A stretch of 63,480 nt of DNA, the filler included, from Reclinomonas americana ATCC 50394 (taxonomy: Eukaryota): the NCBI GenBank assembly GCA_048213135.1. It is 9 parts of 9 records of this genome, joined end to end, with 100 filler letters (N's around TTAATTAATTAA, not from the genome) between each part and the next. Parts side by side here need not be neighbours in the genome. Positions count along the whole stretch, not along the records: positions 37,069 to 53,900 come from AFZH01019606.1; 8 more parts are not named here. One strand, given 5' to 3'. The notes beneath the pieces were generated by a model. It had not been told where the DNA came from. It saw only the letters and a list, made by a program, of their open reading frames with translations, and ran no database searches. Below, in pieces: positions 36,969 through 51,040 of this stretch. Position 1 is the first letter of the stretch; each line of letters starts with the position of its first letter. The position numbers and the translations under genes are program-made.

Positions 36969-37068
36969 NNNNNNNNNNNNNNNNNNNNNNNNNNNNNNNN
37001 NNNNNNNNNNNNTTAATTAATTAANNNNNNNNNNNNNNNNNNNNNNNNNNNNNNNNNNNNNNNNNNNN

Positions 37069-40051
37069 ATCTCCTGTTGGCTGTTGCTTACTGGCAGCAC
37101 AGGGAGTCAAGCGGTTGGCGAAAAGTGGTGCAACGATGCGGCCTTCAAGCTACCGCTCTCCCGTAAGGAACTTTTGGCGGTTTTGCGCTTGCGTGAACCA
37201 GGCTCTTGGACTTCCTTGCGTCTGGATGAGTGTCTCCATCACATGGATCGCTTCCTCGTGTATACTACGCAAAAGGTGTGTGTTTGTAGCGCGACGCCGC
37301 GGTACTTGTTCCACGGTAACTCACAGACAAAGGACAGACGGCAAGTGCGGAAGGCGTCGCGACACTGAGCGTTGTTCCACCACTGGCGGAGTGGCTTCGC
37401 GATCCGAAGAGTCACAAGTTCAACTGCAACCTGGAGGAGAGCGAGCGACGTTTGATGAACCAGACGATCGTCTCGGCTCTGTGGTTGCAATTTGCACAGC
37501 AGTGGCACGATTGCTGGCGAGCAAAGGGTCCTTCAGTTGCGTGACGAGATCCAGCTCTCCTGCCGGCCACTCGATGGCGCTCACCGCGAGGTCGTGCACA
37601 GACAAAGGAGGCGCTTGACGCCGTGGTCGCAGAGGCACGAGATGTGTACAGATTTGAGTACCAGTACATCGCACAACTGGACGTCCACATGCCGCGTGTG
37701 GAAAGCCAGGGCTCCGAAGTGTGCGAAACATGGCGCTCGTTGGTGCGTGGCTCGCGACGCAATCGAAGCTCGATCTGCAACTCACAAGTCGCACTTCCTG
37801 CAGGCACGCCTTCTCCTGGATATTTGGAAGCTGAAGAAGCCACATCGCCTGCACTGCAAAGAGGACTTGCTCAAAATCGTAGACGAGTATCAGCAGCTGT
37901 TGGTGCCTCTCGGATTGTACGCAAAGTACTGTGCGCTAGGTTCGAGAAGCATCCGAGTGGCTTGTTGATCATTATCTGTGTCTCACCGCCCGGTTCTCGA
38001 TCATACAGCTCCGGCAGACGATGTCAATGTCTGGCGCGATCAGTTCGACGAACTCCTCCTTTTGATGCAACCGTACTTATTCACGGTGGACCGCGAAGAG
38101 TTCCATGCGTTGCATAGCTTCCTTGAGCACTTCCCGCTTGTGGCCTCTTCGTTCGCCAAGTGGCAGCACCTGCCGGCAGACAACGCTCCGTTCATCCAAC
38201 TGTTGCACCTGGCTGGTCACGGGTTTCAGATGTGCGAGTCGCGAACCATGGGCTACACTCCGCTGCACTGGCTGTCACAGTCCGGCCAGAGTGCCATGGT
38301 GGAGCAGCTGCTGTCGTTGCAGCCGTCAGATACGGATCGAATTCGCTTGACGACTGCGCGATTGGGCGAAAGCGGCGACACCCCTCTGCATGTCGCCGCC
38401 GCCAAGTTGCGTCTTCCCACACTGTTTCGTCCACATACATTTGTTCTCACCGCGCCATCTTGTCAGTGGTCACGTGGATGTGGTGCGCAAGCTGGTCGAC
38501 TTCAAGGCGGACATGCACGATGCAAACTACGCTGGCAAACTGGCCAGCTGAGTGCCCACTTTCCTCGTAGATGCCAGACGTGCGTTCTTGGACTCACATT
38601 TATTGTTTGCTGCAGTCCACGTGGCCGCGCGACAGAACCACGTTCCGGTGGTCCAGTTCATGGTGGAGAGAGACCATTCGCTCCTGCTGGTGCCTGACGA
38701 CAAGAACCACAATGTGCTTGCCGTCGCCGTGATGTGGGGTGCGTGCACCTCTTGCAGCTGGTGAACTTTGACTGCTGCTGTTTTGCTGAAGCGCGAATGT
38801 TGTGCTCCTTTGGTCGCCGCTGCACAGGTCGCTTGGAGATGGTCAACATGCTGTACACCGTCTACGGACACGATGACTTCATGCATGCACTGAATCAACC
38901 GTGCGTGCAAGCCTTGCACTGCCATTTTGCGCAATGTGATTTCGTTTTTTCTCATGGCGTTTAGCAAACCAGTGACACGTACAACCGCAATGGATTTCAC
39001 GTATGTGTAAGCTGGGAGTCCGAAGGCAATCTGCAGACGGCGGAACGCCTCCTCCAAATTGCCCCCAGTCTGCTGTGGTCGCGAAGTCTGCAGGGCGGCG
39101 CGTCGCATTTCGACATTGCTTACGGACCGCAGCCGACGTATCCTATCGAGTGGGCCGCCAGTAGTTTCGTGAGCACAGCTGTTATTTGTGGTGGTGTGTG
39201 TTTTCGGCAGTGCGTTCCTCACCGACGTTGTTCGCCAGTGGGACACCCGCGCATGATGTTGTTCCTCCGCGAGGAGATGGAGCGAGAGCCGCATTGCGCA
39301 GAGTACCGCGCCGAGGTTACAGACTTGGAGCACTTGCTGATTGTTGCCAGCTGTCGCTGCAAAGCGCACTTCATGCAAGCCATGGTGGACAAGTTTGGCG
39401 AGCTGTGCGTGCGGGACGCCCGCGATACCGACGGGCACACACTTTTGCACTGGGCCGCCTCGGCTAGAGGCTCGGTGGAGCTGGCACAGTGGCTGTTGGA
39501 GAGACGCTACGAAGTGCCGCTTATCGAAGTGTTTGACAACAAAGGAGCCTCGGCGTTGCGTGTCATCGTCAACAACGCCCTCTGCTGTTGCTCACGTTGG
39601 TCACCAATGTTGCTCAGTGTGCACAAGGCCGCTGCCTCCGGCAACTATGCTGTCCTCAGCTTGTTCCTGACGAGTGATCTAGTACCTGAGTCGGTGCTCC
39701 GCTCAGTCACTCGCGACTGGAAGTACACGGTGCTGCACTCGGCCGTTTTTGTGTCGCGACGCAACACTGAGGTGTGCTGCTGCGAGTCCCGCGTGCGTTG
39801 TTTGATTCATGTGCGTGACGAACCCTATGCTTGCGCAGGCAATTGTTATTTTGCTGGCTATGCGATTCCCGGAGATGATGCAGGCTCGCGACCACAAAAA
39901 CCTCAAGCCTCTGGAGGTCGCTCGAAACAAGAAGCGCTTCGGGCCGAATAGTGCACTAGCTGCCGACATTGAGCGAATGTTGCGCGAGCGCGAAGCTGCT
40001 GCCGCTGCTGCTGCTGCCGCCGCCGCTGCTGTTTCCGGGGCGACCGAATGA
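37069..40051 (+). CDS. Ankyrin-repeat protein (5' end in gap)
   Basis: GYTPLHWLSQSG, GDTPLHVAAANGHVDVV, GHTLLHWAASARGSVELAQWLL, VHKAAASGNYAVL, YTVLHSAVF. Confidence 0.85.
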
Positions 40052-40087
40052 AATGAAAAAAGTACCACACATGTCTTTATCTATTAA

Positions 40088-43000
40088 TCATCTGGGGACG
40101 ATAGGGTTCATCTCTAGCTCTGTATCTGGCGGCGCCGTTGACGAAGCCTCATGGTCCGTCGAGTCCGACTGGCCGTCAAGCAGAGGCGTGGACAGTCCCG
40201 TTGACATAGACTTTGACAGCAACACGCCCGTCGGTTCCTGGTCGTCGGCAGTCGCAGCCACCGCGGCAGCCGCTGCACTGCGTCGGCGCTGAATCCGTCC
40301 CCTCACAATGTCGTAGATGCGACGGACGGTGTTCATCCACTTGAAGACGATCGGCAGTGCCACGATGAAGGAGCCGATGGAGAGAACGCAGAGGGCGGCG
40401 ATTCGCTGAAAGTCTGTCGAGAGACGATTCGAAAACAGCACTGCGATGATGGTCAACGTGACCAGGCCAACCGTCTGCAGCCCGCTCACGCGTGTTAGAG
40501 AGACAGAGATCACTGATCAACTGTCGTACTTGTAAGAACACGAAAAAAACGCAACCTCCAGTTTGTTGTTACGCGACAGAGCGTACGCTTGCAGGCGCAG
40601 GTGGATGGCGAGGAATGCCTGCACCGCACGTAACTTATCAACAAAACAAATACTACGTGAGTGGTGCAAACGATGGGCGGTACCATGCAAACGGCCCACA
40701 ACGCGACCGGGATGATATCCAACTGGCCACTGGCGGCGAGTGGGAACAGCACGCCAATGACGACGAGTCGACGGATGAGCTGGTATCCCTGATACCACAC
40801 GTATGGCTGCGTAGTCACATACACCGTAAGAGACAGACGATCAATCACGACAACGCTCGGCGAGATACTCACGCGGCGGTAAAAGTTGTAGAGCACGCCA
40901 AAGCGAAGGCGAGTCTGGCACACGCACACGGAGATCAGAGACAAGCAAACACATGGCAACTCTCCATTCCGACATCCCCCCGCAACTCGTTCATCCTCGA
41001 GTCGCTTGCTGCGGCGTAGCCAGAGGGTCCAGACGATAATCAGCACCGGAATTAGGAGAGCAATGACGAGGAAGGCTCCGAAGAGTGGTCTCAGCGACGC
41101 CCAACTGCGTGCGACGCGCGATGTGATTGCGGAGCGGAACGTGCGTGTACGAATGACAAAGAACGCAACTGCGCATCACAGCGCACACTTGGCACAAAGA
41201 GGAGTACTCGCTCGGAGCCAACTTGCGTGCACGTGAAAAACGTGACTGCTGTCTCCACGATGCCTTCGTACACGCCGATTCCGAGGACCACAGTCGACAC
41301 AATGTACCTGCGGCGGCAAGCACATTCGTCCTCAGAACCCACAAGTTTTCGTAAAAAAACGACCTGCATGCAAGTGCGCACCGATCGATGCTGGCCCGCC
41401 GATATACCCACGAAGCGAATGCGTGACCGCGAGGGGTCACTCTGGCATCACCCCACCAATTTCGCCGCAGCATCAACCAAGCGGAGAAGCGGTGCAAGCC
41501 GTACGTGAACCACAGGAAGAACACATACATGGCCGGCGACACCAACCGCATCCCAAGTTCACCCAGGCCGTCAACGTAGAAGGGGCACCGACCCTGGAAG
41601 AAGCGCGGAAACCAGTACTTGACAATGCGGCTCAGCGTCAACAGTGTCACACTCGGGTAGAAGAGAAGGGTGGCCGTCTGTTCACACACAGGATAAGCGG
41701 CAGCACAAACTGCCATGGTGGAGATGACACGATGCGAACCTGCAAGGTAAACAGGAACATTTCGGCAGCCGCCTCGCTGTACGCACGTGCACGAAATGTT
41801 TAAGATGACTTGGCAATAAGGTGGCCATGTCAGGGACCCCATTTTTTCTCTCTCTCTCACGCACCTGCCACCTCGGAACGCGGCAACGGTGAACACGGCA
41901 ATGCCCCACATCTGGCAAAGTGCGTGTGAGCAGCTGCTGCTCGTTGCTCTCTTTTCAACATTCGTACCTTAAGCAACAGCATGGCAATCTCGTACGCAGA
42001 TGGCGAAGTGCACTCCACGCACTCCGAGTTCCACTCGGCGTACCCGCTCTGCACAAGCACCACCTCAAATCAATCGCGATTCGAAAAAATGAGGTCAGGG
42101 CGCGCCACAATCCCTCGATACACAACAACGCAGGTGCCGCAGAGTGGAGTGTTGCTGTCACGGAAGCTGTCGGCGCGACAGTAATCAGCACCTGGTGCGT
42201 AAGGAGTGGCTCCGGCATCGCCCACGTCGCAGAAATCGTAGGGACACAGATAGGTGGTGATGGGAAGCGGTGGTGGTGCGTTGACGGCGAGCGGGAAAGC
42301 CCACCGCGTGCTGCTGACAGTCACGTCGGGTCCTCCGTAACATGTCATGCCGAGAGGGCACGGCTGATGCCAGTGCAGTGAGATGCGTTCGTTGATGAGC
42401 ACACGAAGAACGAAAGCAACTTTCGGCTTACAAACCTGACATGATTGCTGAGTGAGCGAGAACTCGCCACGAGGGCACGCCTGACAGCCGACACTGTCCA
42501 CGTATTCTTCTCCGATGGGACACGGGAGAATCCCCAAATTGAGAGTGGGTGGTGCCGTAGAAAACGCCGCATTGACACTCTGCACCGCGATGTTAAACGT
42601 GGAGCTCTGTCCCGCAGAAGGCGCAACCACGGGAAGTTGGAAGGTGGCCACGCCGTTGGTGGTGGCCTCTGTGATATGTGCCGACTGCATAATACAGAGA
42701 AAAACGAATGAAAAGAACAGCGAAGAAAGGCCCTCACACACACGCTCCAACGAGACCTGGTTGGTGCACGCCGGGCACGACACTTGCAACACCCACCCGT
42801 CCAGAGACGAAATCGGCGATCCAAACACATCGAGGACATGCACATCGACTGCGCGTGTCTCCGTCACCGAAGGTGGCATGGAGCCTTCGGACGACTGTTG
42901 GAGTGTGGCGGCGGCCGTGTACGGTGCTGCAGCCAGAGGTAATTCGTGAGCGCCGAGAATGCACACGCGTGCGTGTGTGTGTGTATGTGTGCGTGTACGC

Positions 43001-46000
43001 AACAGGTCGCAGTGTTGTTGCCGTACTGAGCCACATTGCCGCTGAACGATAGCCCCAGCAGCGTGGCCCAGTTCGGCGACAGGGCCTCCACGAAGCTGTG
43101 CATGACGTCGAGCGACGACGGATCACCCAGCGCGTTCCAGAAGAGCGCACCGCCACCACCGCCACCGACAAGGTCTCCAGCGCCCGTCAATACGGCAGAG
43201 TTGTTCACAAACTGTGACTGCTGCAATATCAAGCCCAGCGCCACCACATCGCCAGGTCCGACACTCCACTGCTCCGCATCAAGGGCGGTCATGTTCACAG
43301 AAATGGCGCCACCGCGAAGCGCGCTATTGCCAGTGAATGTGCATCCCATTACTGCAGCTTGCAAACTGGAGGAGAGAGACATGGCGCCGCCGTCACCCGC
43401 GAACGCAGTATTCCCAACAAAAGATGAGCCCTGCAACAGTAGTGACCCAGTCCCGGTTGCCATCAGTGCACCGCCCACATTCACGGCCGCGTTGGCGTTG
43501 AACTGCGAGCCGATGATGCGGACAGTCGACTGATTCTGCACGTATGCGGCAGCACCTGAGGCAGCCGAGTTGCTGCTCAGCTGGCTGTTGGTAACATTGA
43601 CAAATGCGGTTTCGGTGATCGACAATGCGCCACCAGCTTCGGCCGACGACAACTGCGCCGACGAGCCAGAAAGCTGGACAGCAGACGCGCCACCGGCATA
43701 CAGCATACCGCCCTGCAAGTCGGCCGAACCTTGCAAAAATGTGCTGCCGGTATCTGTGTTTGCGAGTACATCGTTTCTCAGCCGGTGCCAGTCATCATCT
43801 CACATGCATCAAACTGCGCTGTGTTGATTACCTGTCCACGTGCTGAGACCGGCCATGTACACGTGCCCGCCATTGGTGGACGCACTGTTGGAGAGCAAGC
43901 GACATCCGTTGCTGGAGATCTCGGCCAGTTGCTCGGCAAACACACCACCGCCGCCAAGCTGCAACGCCGACACGCACATCATGATGAGAAAGACAGAGAC
44001 AATCAAATGTCACCACCAAGACTGAACGCACCGTGGCCACATTACTCTGCAGCAGGCAGTCGGTGAGCGAAAGTTGCGCGGAACCGGTCACATATGTCGC
44101 GCCACCGTCGGCCTGACAAGAAATGAGCGCACAAGTAGCGTGTGCAAAAAAAGTGAGGCAAGGCGTACGCACCGACGTTGCGGTGTTGTTGACCAGCTGC
44201 ACGTGGGTGAATGAGGCGACGCTCAAGTCGGCCAAGAATAAGCCGCTGCCGAACTGCGCCCGATTGTTCTGCAGAATGGAGTCGCTGGCGACCACCGACG
44301 CGGACGAGGCAGAGAAAATCGCACCGCCGAATTCGCCGGCCTCGTTGTTCGACACCTGGGTGTTGGATGACAAGACGACTTGCGACGATGACGACGCGTG
44401 GATAGCGCCGCCATTCAGTGACGCGCGATTGTTCACCAACTGGCAGTTGGAAAACGTGATTGCGGAGTCGATAGCGATGAGGGAGACCGCGCCGCCAAGG
44501 ACTGCTGCACCGTTAGCCAGCAGTGTGTCTACAATTGTGGTATTCGTGGCCACCGACACGGCTGCAATGCCGCCGCCGCCGGTGCCGCCAACGGCTGTGT
44601 TGGACAGGATCCTGCAAGACAGGATGGAGCCACCACGACCAATGAGACCGATTCCACCACCGCCAGTTGTGGAAGTCACCGTACTGTGTGCAACAGTCAG
44701 TCGTACGAATCGACGCGAGCACGGGTGCGGGGAAAGAGCATGGCGAAACTTGGAGACGATTGAGGCCCATCTGAGCAGTGAATTGGTGCCGAGGAGGACC
44801 GCGCCACCGGCAGCAGGGCCAAGTGGACTCTGCACCACATTGTACATGAACGTGCTATTGTGGCACAAAGATTGTGTGTCGAGAAGGAGTGCTCCGCCTG
44901 CGCAGCGGTGGCCGAAGAAAGGTGAGCAGTCGGTCGCCCACACAAAGCACGCGCAAACACATTCGCCACCTCCATTGGAGTGGCCGGCGCTGATTGCCGT
45001 CGACGACAGCTGCAGCGAGTTGGACAGGAATGTGCATGCAGTAACTTTTGCTCCATTGTAGGCCAGCAACGCACCACCTGCACACATTCACGGATGCACG
45101 TTAGGTTTCACGAGATCTACAAAGCGGTTGCGCACGGCACACGTACCGCCATTGCTATCGCCGGAGATGAAGTGAGCAGTCGTGTTGACAGACACGCGTC
45201 CACCAACACCCGGATCAATGGCGATGTTGTAGAGGAAGGTACTGTTGGTGATGGTCGTCCCGCCCTCCGGCACAGTCATTCCGCCTGCGATTCGACGAAT
45301 GCCGTAAAGTGAGCGGGACGGCGAGCCAGACAGAGGATTGCCAATAGCGACTCACCACCACCGTTGTGATTAGAGCCACGAGAGTCAACGCTGTGCACAC
45401 ACAGAGAGAGAAAGAGATATGCCAGATGAAAAAACAAGAGAGCCAAATCAGAAAGACAAGGACAACAACACAACACACCGCGCAAAGTCTCCACCGGCAC
45501 CATCGCGGATGCTGTAATTGGTGGTGAACGTTGAGTTGACGATGAGAAGCAGGTGATTTGCATTCTCGTAGGCGAAAATGAGCGCGCCACCTGCGAGCGA
45601 GCGTCAAGTCACCGACGACGCAAGTTTACGAGAGAAGGATGACGCACCGCCGCCGTTGAAGCCGCCCAACGAGCTGCCGAACTGTTCCGCATAATCGCCT
45701 CCGCTGCCGTTGTCCATCGATGTGTTGTTGTAGAAGACGAGCGATGACAGAGTCTAAGCAGGACAATGAGAGATATTGCCAAACAGCTCCTGAGCGAAAC
45801 ACAGGTGCGTCTACCAAATTGGAGGCACCGGAGATGCCCAACAACAGCCCTCCGCCGCCGTTCCAGCTGCTGTTCGACTGCCCAAGCAAACTGTAATTGC
45901 CGCCACGGCCGTTCTGAGTGGCCCGGTTGTTGGCAAAATACAGATTTGACAGCGTCGTCTGCCACACCACACAAGTCAGTGGTGCGTACGATAAAGCAAA

Positions 46001-49000
46001 TATTGGCCCACAAAAAAAACTGTACCTCGTAGTTGGTGAGCAGCAGCATTGCACCACCGCCGTTCGAGTTTTGCGAGGCACTGGCTGTGTTGCCGACCTC
46101 TCGGAGTGCGCCAGATCCATTCCCGATGGCAGCGTTGTCGAGAAACGAGGTTCTCGTAATCGTCTATGCGAACCACGCAACAACTCAGCAAGTGATAGAC
46201 ATACTCTCGACACGCGTGCATTTCGCACTGACCAACGTGCCCTGCGACCTGTAAATTCGGTGGTGTAAGAAACAGAACGAGACGAGCGACTGCGATGCCG
46301 AAGAACGGAAAGACGCAACCCACGCATGTACATCCAGAGTGCGCCTGCAGAAGAAAACACAGTAAACAACAACAGTGAGCACGGCATCAACAGATTCCGA
46401 TCGTCGTTCAGCAAGACTTCTCACCGCCCCCCGTCTGTCCTGATTCGCTGTTGCCACCGAGTACGTTACCGTTGCCGCCGACTGAGCAGTAGATGACTGA
46501 ATTGTTGCGAAATGTGCAATCGTACACGGTCTGGCGATGCTGCACATGAGTACGAAAGGCGGGAAGGAGTGACACACACATACAAACCATATATCCGGTG
46601 GTCCCAGAGCCAACAAATGCCGCTCCCTGCAACGTCGTGAGATGCCGGATTGTTGTGTATGCTCACGCGCAGAAACAGAAGAAACAAACACAACTCCTCC
46701 GACACTGCCGTTGTTGGCAAATCCCGCGCCGTTGACGGTGTTGGTTCCGCCACGATTGTGCCATCGTACAATGTTGCCAATCCACGTGATGTTTGCCATG
46801 ATCTGCGTTGACGAAGGTGGAGAGTTACAAGAGCGGCACGCATGCAAGACTATTCGTTACCGTGGCACGGTCCACAGCACATACCAACGCAGACGACGAT
46901 GCCGTGTAAAAGTACAAGCCGCCACCGCCTGCCAACACACAGTCAGTAACACACAGTCTGACCAGTAGTGCGAACACACTCACTCACCTCCGTTGCCGGC
47001 TGACGCCGAACTGTCGGCATAATTGGCATTGCCGCCACTGGCACATGAATCGACGAGGTTGTTATTGATTGCCGAGTTGTACATGAACTGCAATGTGTGT
47101 GTGCGCGCGAAGTAGGTGAGATTTCTTATCTCTGGGGCACTCGTCCCCGACATACGCACGAGGCTGCCGCCAGTCTGGAAGTCGCAGTACAAAGCGCCGC
47201 CACCAACTCCAATGGCGTCCGACCCTCCGGTTCCTGAGTTATTGTTTCCACCATTGCCGCTCGTGGCCACGATATTTGCCGAGAACTCGGAGGCCGTAAC
47301 GTTCTGCGTCGAGTGCGCAGAAACTGAGGATGACAGAGAGAGAGAGGGACGGACATGCGGATACGGATCGTGACGCAGCGCACCATTTGGCTTGGGCCGT
47401 TTTGCGTGTAGAACAAAATGGCCCCACCGCCGACCGAGTCCGTGTCACTGTTGCCTCCCTGGAAGCAACCGCTGCCGCCGTTGGCGGCGTTCACCACCGA
47501 GTTGCCGAGAAACTGCGATGACTGCACATACTGTACAAGAGAGAGCGTCAATAGGCAGCCATGCAGCAGCCGTGATCATGCAAAGACTGGCCAACCATAC
47601 TTCCACCGGCGAGGCAGTAACCCATGAAAGCACCGCCTCCGGCTTCGGAACCCAGAGCGTTGCAGCTGCCGGCTTGAGAGTACGGACCACCGCAACTGCG
47701 CGTAGCCACGGTGTGAGTCGTGCAACCACTACCGTTAGCGAAGCATGGATGGCCACGACGCACGCGATGTTTTGCACAGTGTTTGACGAAAACAGGGAAT
47801 GCGTAACGTACTGCGCGTGGTTGGAGTGATCATCAGCAACCAAGCAAATATGCAAATGAGTATCACAAGATTAACACGCACGACCACTGTCGGTCCGTTG
47901 AACGACGTCAAATAGACTGCGCCGCCTGTGCGTCACACGATGTGTAATGTTTTTCAGCACTCAGCGCATGTATGTGCAGCACAGACGAGGGAAACAACAT
48001 ACCACCAAGTGCAGAGCCTTGCGAATCACTGGCTCCGTTGTTGGTGGAGCCACCATTCCCGTTGCCACTGGACTCGTTGGCAATGAATTCCGAGTCCGAA
48101 AACGTCTGCATGATTAAGCGGTGAACAACAGAGTAGAGCTCACACAGAGTGCACCTGTCAAACACGAACCAAAATGCCACCGTAATTCATGTTCAGGTAC
48201 ATGGCCCCTACGCGCATGACAGAGGAAAACACGCGATGAAAGCGTGCGCGCGCACAAATGCGCACATGTATATATACACACCTCCACCGCTGAGACCACC
48301 AGACGCGGTGACCATGCCTGTGAGCCCATTGAAGGAGCCAGCCGAGGCGTTTCCGTTGGCCTGGTTGCTACGAAATGACGACCCCGTAACCTGGATACAC
48401 GCACGCCTCTCGTTGGCAACGCAAAGCGCAGGCAGTACGCGCAAAAGCACCAACTCTGACCGTAATGTTGCATGGACCGTCGACACACGCAGCCCACAGT
48501 CCACCGCCGCCGGTGAAAGTGCTCGGGATGTACGGGACTTGACCGATCTGCTTGCCTCGATGCAATCAACACACCACTGCTCGGAGAATACCCAGAGGTA
48601 ACAGCAACGCAACGACATCGCCGTGTCCGTTGTTCTTCGATCCACCGATAGCTGTGCGAGACAAGGTGCACGGATGAACGCACGAACCGATGAGGAATGA
48701 AATTGGAGCCAGACGATCACCATTGTTGTTGGCAGCATTCCCCACAAAGGTGCAATTGGCAATCTGTGCCGATTACGTAAGCAAGAGGGATCATGAAACC
48801 AAATGCACATTCCACAGATACACACCGTCATGGCCGCAAGACCGTCGACCCACACACCACCTGATCGCAGTCATTGGAGACGAGTGAGTGTGGATAGCAG
48901 ACGCGTAGGATTGGCGGACACGCGCACACACCGCCACCGCATTGAGAGCCCGAGTTCCCGTCGCCTAGAATGTACGAGCCTCCACCACAATTGTTCGAGG

Positions 49001-50931
49001 CTGCGTTGCCACTGAATGTGGAGCCTGTCATCGTGAGCGTTCCGCCCATTGGGTCCGTGATGGATATGTACATCGCCTGCGGCACCGCACACCAGCATCA
49101 GAGCGCCATACCTTGCAACACGCACACATGATCAGCTCTCTGCAGTCACTCAACTCCTCCACCCGACAGCTGGCCACCAATGGCGGCCGCTCCAGTCACC
49201 GTACACATTTTGGTCTGTCCGATGCAGTTCATGCCGTTGGAGTTGCCGGTGGCGAGATTTTGCGTAAAGGTGGAATTGGTGATGGTGAGTGCCACACAAT
49301 CTTGGGAGAAAATGGCTCCGCCGCCATTGCTGGCACTCCCGATATTGGTGATTGCGGGAGCTGCAATGCCACAATTCACCGCCACGTTGTTTGCAAACGT
49401 CGACGAGGTCACCACTGTCGTGGTGATACCACCCGTGTACTGCCACGTGAAGATGTTGCGCCGCGAGTGAGCAACAAACAAGGAACCGAAAAAAAGAGCG
49501 CGTGCGAGTCAGCAAACCAGTGCTCCGCCACCGCTGGCATCGCCCGCCAGGTTGCGCACCAGGTTGCCGACAAATGTGGAGTTGGTCACTGCCAGAGTGA
49601 TGGAGCTGCGAATGAATACAGCGCCTGCCCGAGGGAACATCAATCGGTGAGCAGCTGCAGGAACGACAACATACGTGCGCGTGCACGCAGACTGACCTCC
49701 GCCGGTAAACATCTGCGTCTCGGTCCCGTTGCCGACGGCCGCGTTGTTTTGGAAGCGACACGAAGTGATGACCACGTTGCCGGAAAGGTACGGGTTTGGC
49801 AAGTACACGGCACCACCCGACGCACCAAGGCCCTGCAGCACAGAGAGAGAGAGAGAGAGAGACAGTCGTGAGGAGCAGAAGGTCACACTGCATCGCTGCT
49901 TCCGCCTCTCCCCACCGTGGCCGTGCAATTGGTAAACGTGCTCTGCGACAGGGTCACCATGGTGTAGTACGCCGGCACATGCAGTCCACCGCCACCGATA
50001 CCGTTGCTGGTGGACGAATGCGAAAACGAGCAACCCGACACCGTGAGCACCAAGGGGGCGATCGGCGCCGGCATCATTGGCACCGTGCCGATTGTTAGCG
50101 GACTCAAGGCGCCATTTGATCCGCTAAAGGTGCAATTGACTACTGACACCGTCAACGGCGTGGCCAGTGTTGCCAAGGGCAGCAACTGTACCTGCCCGCC
50201 GAGCACCGTCAGTCCCTGCATGGTGATCGAGCCCGTGGTGGTCGTGGCCGTCATTGCCAAGCCACTGGCCTGGATACTTGCGGACTCCGACACCGCCATC
50301 AGTTCGATGGTGGCCGCTGCACATCGACGACACCATCGTCAGCACCAGCAGAGGGAAGTGACAGCACACACACACACACATGCATGCGTGACACACCAGT
50401 GACCGCCAGCTGATAGTTGTCACTGGTCAAATCGTAGAGGCCGCTGGTGAACATGATGGAGAGGTTGGCCGTGGGACCTGCTGTTCCGCGACTCACACAC
50501 GCTGCATACGCCGAGCGGATATCACACGCCGAAGCCAGCGGTGTCGCCGACACACCGCAGGTGGCGGCATCAGTGGCGCCTCCGGGAGCCACATACACTA
50601 ATCCACGCACATGCACACACACACACTGTTGAGTTGCGAGTGTGCGCGCGTACGTGCACACATGCAACACACACGCACCAGTGCACTGCTGCTGAGCAAG
50701 TACGCCTCCCATGACGCACAGCAGTGCTGATAGAATGAGCAGGTCGCATTGCCTTCGACGCCACCGGCGGCGGCGACCATGCCGTTCTTCCGCCACCGCC
50801 TTCTGTGCGATTACGCAACAAACGTGGTCAGCACGCAAGGGTACACGCACATACACACACAGGCAAAGCAAGAAGAGGAGACCTGCGCATGCATCGGTGG
50901 TGAGCGGAGACGTGACAATCAAGTCCTGCAT
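40088..50931 (-). CDS. Giant surface protein: polymorphic-membrane-protein-like beta-helix repeats (GGA[IL]/FxxN), Cys-rich region, multi-TM C-terminus
   Basis: Many FxxN...GGA motifs (NNRASLNGGAIH, NNEAGEFGGAIF, GNTAFAGDGGAM), then CPIGEEY...CQACPRGEF, LCGTC..GYAEWNSECVEC, then several hydrophobic helices. The start is uncertain. Confidence 0.75.
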
Positions 50932-51040
50932 CGATGCGGACGTCAGTCGTCTCTTTCACCGTCGCGATGGCCACGAGTGCATCCCAGCAGCACGTTACGT
51001 GTGCTCTCTATCTCCCAGTCGATCTCCTCGCTAAACCCTG

